Below, piece by piece: positions 36,418-38,689 of a stretch of 38,689 bases of DNA. The position numbers and the translations under genes were made by a program. Below the pieces are notes generated by a model. The model had not been told where the DNA came from, ran no database searches, and worked only from the letters and a program-made list of their open reading frames with translations. The DNA comes from a virus (lineage: Duplodnaviria; Caudoviricetes). The stretch is taken from positions 1-38,689 of IMG/VR virus record IMGVR_UViG_3300010362_000051; one strand, 5' to 3'. Numbering within the stretch: the stretch's first letter is position 1; each line of letters starts with the position of its first letter.

Positions 36418-36469
36418 ATAATCTCCATATTTAAACACTGTTTATATTTTTTTTTATTTCTATTTCATC

Positions 36470-36649
36470 AAACTAAAGTTTTACTATTTTCATTTAAAAA
36501 CTAAAGTTTTACTATCAACTATATAATTATACTATATCATATATACTAAGTCAAATGGGGAGTTATAATTATACATTGTTTAAAAATTTTATGTAACCAA
36601 TATCATCAATTTTATATAAGCAATATCAAATTTTATATAAGCAATATCA
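36470..36649. repeat. AT-rich region with two pairs of direct repeats
   Basis: AAACTAAAGTTTTACTAT twice (about 36470, 36498); TTTTATATAAGCAATATCA twice (36610, 36631). Confidence 0.8.
36526..36554 (-). promoter_or_regulatory. Sigma70-type promoter for the leftward arm
   Basis: TTGACT (36554-36549), 17 bp, TATAAT (36531-36526). Confidence 0.8.
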
Positions 36650-37061
36650 TCAAACCATCAACAATTTATACAAGTGTGCCGGGGGCACTACTACCCATCT
36701 AAACTTGGTCTGACCATTATACTTAGTCATTCTGGGTCTGATAATAGGTCTTATGTAAATACCACAATATCTAGTGGTCAAATAGGACTAATACCACTAG
36801 TTTATTGACCTATTTACCTAGTCTAATACTTAGACACTTAAGGTAAGATCTATCAATCACTTAGGAACTAAATTCATGGTGTCTGGTCTTTATAGGTTTA
36901 ATCTCTCACTTTGTTAAGATGGCTCGCCAATGTGCTGTGTTTGTCTCGCAAGGGTCAGCGTCGGTATCCAGTACTCTCCAGATCCTCGTTCCACTCCTCA
37001 ACATTACGTCACAGGAAGTATACTAAACCAATTCTCCCCATACTCTCTACTATATTCCTCA

Positions 37062-37130
37062 TACACTTACCTTACACTTCCCATTTATTTCATACACTTC
37101 AACATATTCTCTTACACTTCACTTACACTT
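37062..37130 (+). repeat. Five phased TACACTT direct repeats
   Basis: Starts 37062, 37073, 37093, 37113, 37124. Confidence 0.75.
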
Positions 37131-37134
37131 CCAT

Positions 37135-37163
37135 TTGACTGACTGTAAATCATAGTATATAAT
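37135..37163 (+). promoter_or_regulatory. Sigma70-type promoter
   Basis: TTGACT (37135-37140), 17 bp, TATAAT (37158-37163). Confidence 0.8.
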
Positions 37164-37205
37164 GGAGTTATTCAGTTACGTATACAGTGTTTACTTAATG
37201 AAATA

Positions 37206-37766
37206 ATGTTTAAATGGAGGAATATGAGAAAAGAATTGAAGAATAACTATCTATTCTTAGCTGTTAATAGCAAGACTAGAGAGTTAAAGATAAGCGCAAT
37301 TACAAACATAGATAGCTTTAGGAATATGATGAAAGAGAGATGGCCAGAGTTTGAGATCATAAATGATAACTTCCCATTAAGATTGAAGTTTGAGGAACAT
37401 TTGATAGATAAACTTATGACCTTACTTAAAGATTGTAAGAAGAGATCTGGTAATAAGTTTAGGACATATGAATTAGATAACTACAGGGTACAGACTGTCC
37501 TTAGACTTATAATGGGGAGTAAAGATCTGGTATTTGGATCTGATACATTATTGTGCTGTAAATGTAATGAAGAGTTTGAAGCAGACTATAGCAATGTTGA
37601 CAGCATATATGAGTTTGTTAGGCTAGATTTTAGTTATTGCTCTGATGAGTGTAAGACAAAAGTAACTAGAATGAATAACACACAAGATAGATATTGTAGA
37701 TGTGGGATTGTATTTACTCCCACAAAATCTACCCAATTTTACTGTCAACAGTGTTTAAAAAAATAG
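37206..37766 (+). CDS. Hypothetical protein; degenerate GIY-YIG/T5orf172-like N-terminus and Cys-rich C-terminus
   Basis: YLFLA......LKISAITN...FEEHL; C.KC..EF...YCSDEC; CRCG..F.P....QFYC..C. Confidence 0.6.
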   Translation: MFKWRNMRKELKNNYLFLAVNSKTRELKISAITNIDSFRNMMKERWPEFEIINDNFPLRLKFEEHLIDKLMTLLKDCKKRSGNKFRTYELDNYRVQTVLRLIMGSKDLVFGSDTLLCCKCNEEFEADYSNVDSIYEFVRLDFSYCSDECKTKVTRMNNTQDRYCRCGIVFTPTKSTQFYCQQCLKK

Positions 37767-37767
37767 T

Positions 37768-37837
37768 TAAGTTATTGATTCTAAAGGAGATAAATATGTT
37801 TGATAGCACTTGACTTTCCCATATAGAGGAGTATAAT
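37768..37837 (+). promoter_or_regulatory. IHF-like site plus sigma70-type promoter
   Basis: TAAGTTATTGATT (37768-37780) matches the IHF consensus YAANNNNTTGATW; TTGACT (37810-37815), 16 bp, TATAAT (37832-37837). Confidence 0.65.
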
Positions 37838-37897
37838 AACAATTCGCCCCATTACTAGATGTTTTCAAGTAACGCAGCTAACAAGGAGAATACGACA

Positions 37898-38689
37898 ATG
37901 CAAAACACGTTCAAATGGTTTACGTATCTTATGGGAGATATTACATTATTCAGAACTAGACAAGAGTTTAGAGATTATCGCAAGAAGTACACAGGCACAA
38001 TTCACAGGGACAGGGATCTAAAGTCTATCTCTGTTATTCACACTTACAACACAATCAATCGAGTCTTCACAGTCACTAGTGCTGGCGCAGTGTTAGGCAA
38101 GAGTCTTGATGAGCCTTTGGATATGGAACAAATGAAGTGTGATGCTTGGAATCAAGGAGAACTAGACAGACAGGCTAGCAGACCTATGACAAGCTTTGGG
38201 GACTGGAGAGACAAAGAAGGCATTCTGATTGACGCCTACTATGATGGCTACAATGTACATTGTGATGCCCCTCAGAATCCTTGCGAAGCGTGGATACCTG
38301 ATACAGAAGCTAGAGTAGAGATGCCAGTCAATAACGCTCCGATGCGATTGAGTGATACTCCCCTAGACATGTCAGACCTCATAGAGGATCTAACAGAGAC
38401 TTATGTTATGCCTGTCAATCCTTGCAAGGATGAGGCATGCACAGCTAGCCATGCTGGCCATCAGCATGAGCATGTTGATTACAATCACAAAGATTCTCCA
38501 GTTCATTTGGATGGATGGCAAGGAATGAAGCTATTGACTCATGATGGCCAGACCTTTTTAAGTGGTGAGTCTATGGCTCTGTTTGAGAGCTTAATCGCTT
38601 GTGGATGGCAGTTTGAGGATAACTACATTGCAGGAAATAAGATTTACGTTGTTCTCACGCGTCCCTTGTCTGAATTGGAAGAGGATCTA
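37898..38689 (+). CDS. Hypothetical early protein, truncated by window end (not in ORF track)
   Basis: AAGGAG RBS, ATG 37898, 264 codons open to the last base (MQNTFKWFTY...ELEEDL). Confidence 0.8.
   Translation, partial: MQNTFKWFTYLMGDITLFRTRQEFRDYRKKYTGTIHRDRDLKSISVIHTYNTINRVFTVTSAGAVLGKSLDEPLDMEQMKCDAWNQGELDRQASRPMTSFGDWRDKEGILIDAYYDGYNVHCDAPQNPCEAWIPDTEARVEMPVNNAPMRLSDTPLDMSDLIEDLTETYVMPVNPCKDEACTASHAGHQHEHVDYNHKDSPVHLDGWQGMKLLTHDGQTFLSGESMALFESLIACGWQFEDNYIAGNKIYVVLTRPLSELEEDL

Larger units (their letters stand above)
127..36444. repeat. Dispersed 13-bp palindrome TAAACA[C/G]TGTTTA, 41 exact copies counted by eye
   Basis: 13-mer starts at 127, 334, 1242, 1495, 2139, 2383, 3277, 4113, 5121, 6403, 7728, 9086, 10203, 10626, 14684, 16352, 17553, 18932, 19914, 21659, 22721, 23591, 24268, 25764, 26998, 27701, 28514, 29677, 30409, 31115, 32193, 33070, 33269, 33391, 33554, 33974, 34304, 34903, 35524, 35999, 36432. 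One-mismatch copies at 811, 1336, 11214, 13469, 37181, 37745. Confidence 0.98.

Noticed and set aside
127-36444. Palindrome as a CRISPR array or integron attC cassette array
   Set aside because: Copies are 13-17 bp, irregularly spaced by hundreds to thousands of bp and often inside essential genes; no cas operon, integrase or attC-length structure.
127-36444. Palindrome as an adapter or assembly artefact
   Set aside because: Copies preserve reading frames, align in register with conserved protein segments, provide correct stop codons and have variable centres and flanks.
127-36444. Match to LexA boxes, parS or the eukaryotic forkhead motif
   Set aside because: Differs from CTGT-N8-ACAG, CGAAC-N4-GTTCG and TGTTTCACGTGAAACA. 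The TAAACA half-site resembles a forkhead core, but the context is a bacteriophage.
36911-37142. ORFs 36911..37138 and 36930..37142
   Set aside because: Overlie pyrimidine-rich repeats upstream of a promoter, no RBS, atypical composition.
1-38689. Terminal repeats or circular overlap; alternative genetic code
   Set aside because: The ends share no visible overlap and the right end is mid-ORF; core genes are intact under the standard code with all three stop codons used.

Overview
A large part of the genome of an AT-rich tailed dsDNA phage with podovirus-like architecture; the window is probably incomplete, since it ends inside an ORF. A rightward replication arm (about 0.4-10.6 kb) encodes a PC4-like protein, fused primase-helicase, family A DNA polymerase, SSB, Cas4-like nuclease, DUF559/Vsr-like nuclease and MazG-like protein. 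It converges on a leftward morphogenesis arm (about 36.4 to 10.65 kb) encoding large terminase, portal, scaffold, major capsid, adaptor and nozzle-like tail proteins, three putative ejection proteins and a holin-like protein. A divergent promoter region lies at about 36.45-37.2 kb. I recognised no integrase, repressor, endolysin, tRNA or CRISPR array. The outstanding unexplained feature is a genome-wide palindrome, TAAACA[C/G]TGTTTA, usually extended to (TT|CG)TAAACASTGTTTA(AA|CG). I counted 41 exact copies by eye plus several one-mismatch copies. It supplies the stop codon of about 17 genes, stands in place of the ribosome-binding site at several junctions, and is written into conserved proteins as KQCL/KHCL/LNSVY/LNTVY. 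Also present are a second palindrome matching the FadR/PdhR/LldR operator consensus, several long RNA hairpins next to motif copies, a promoter-terminator mini-transcript, and an outer-membrane beta-barrel gene in the head module. All protein assignments come from motif recognition by eye, not database searches.
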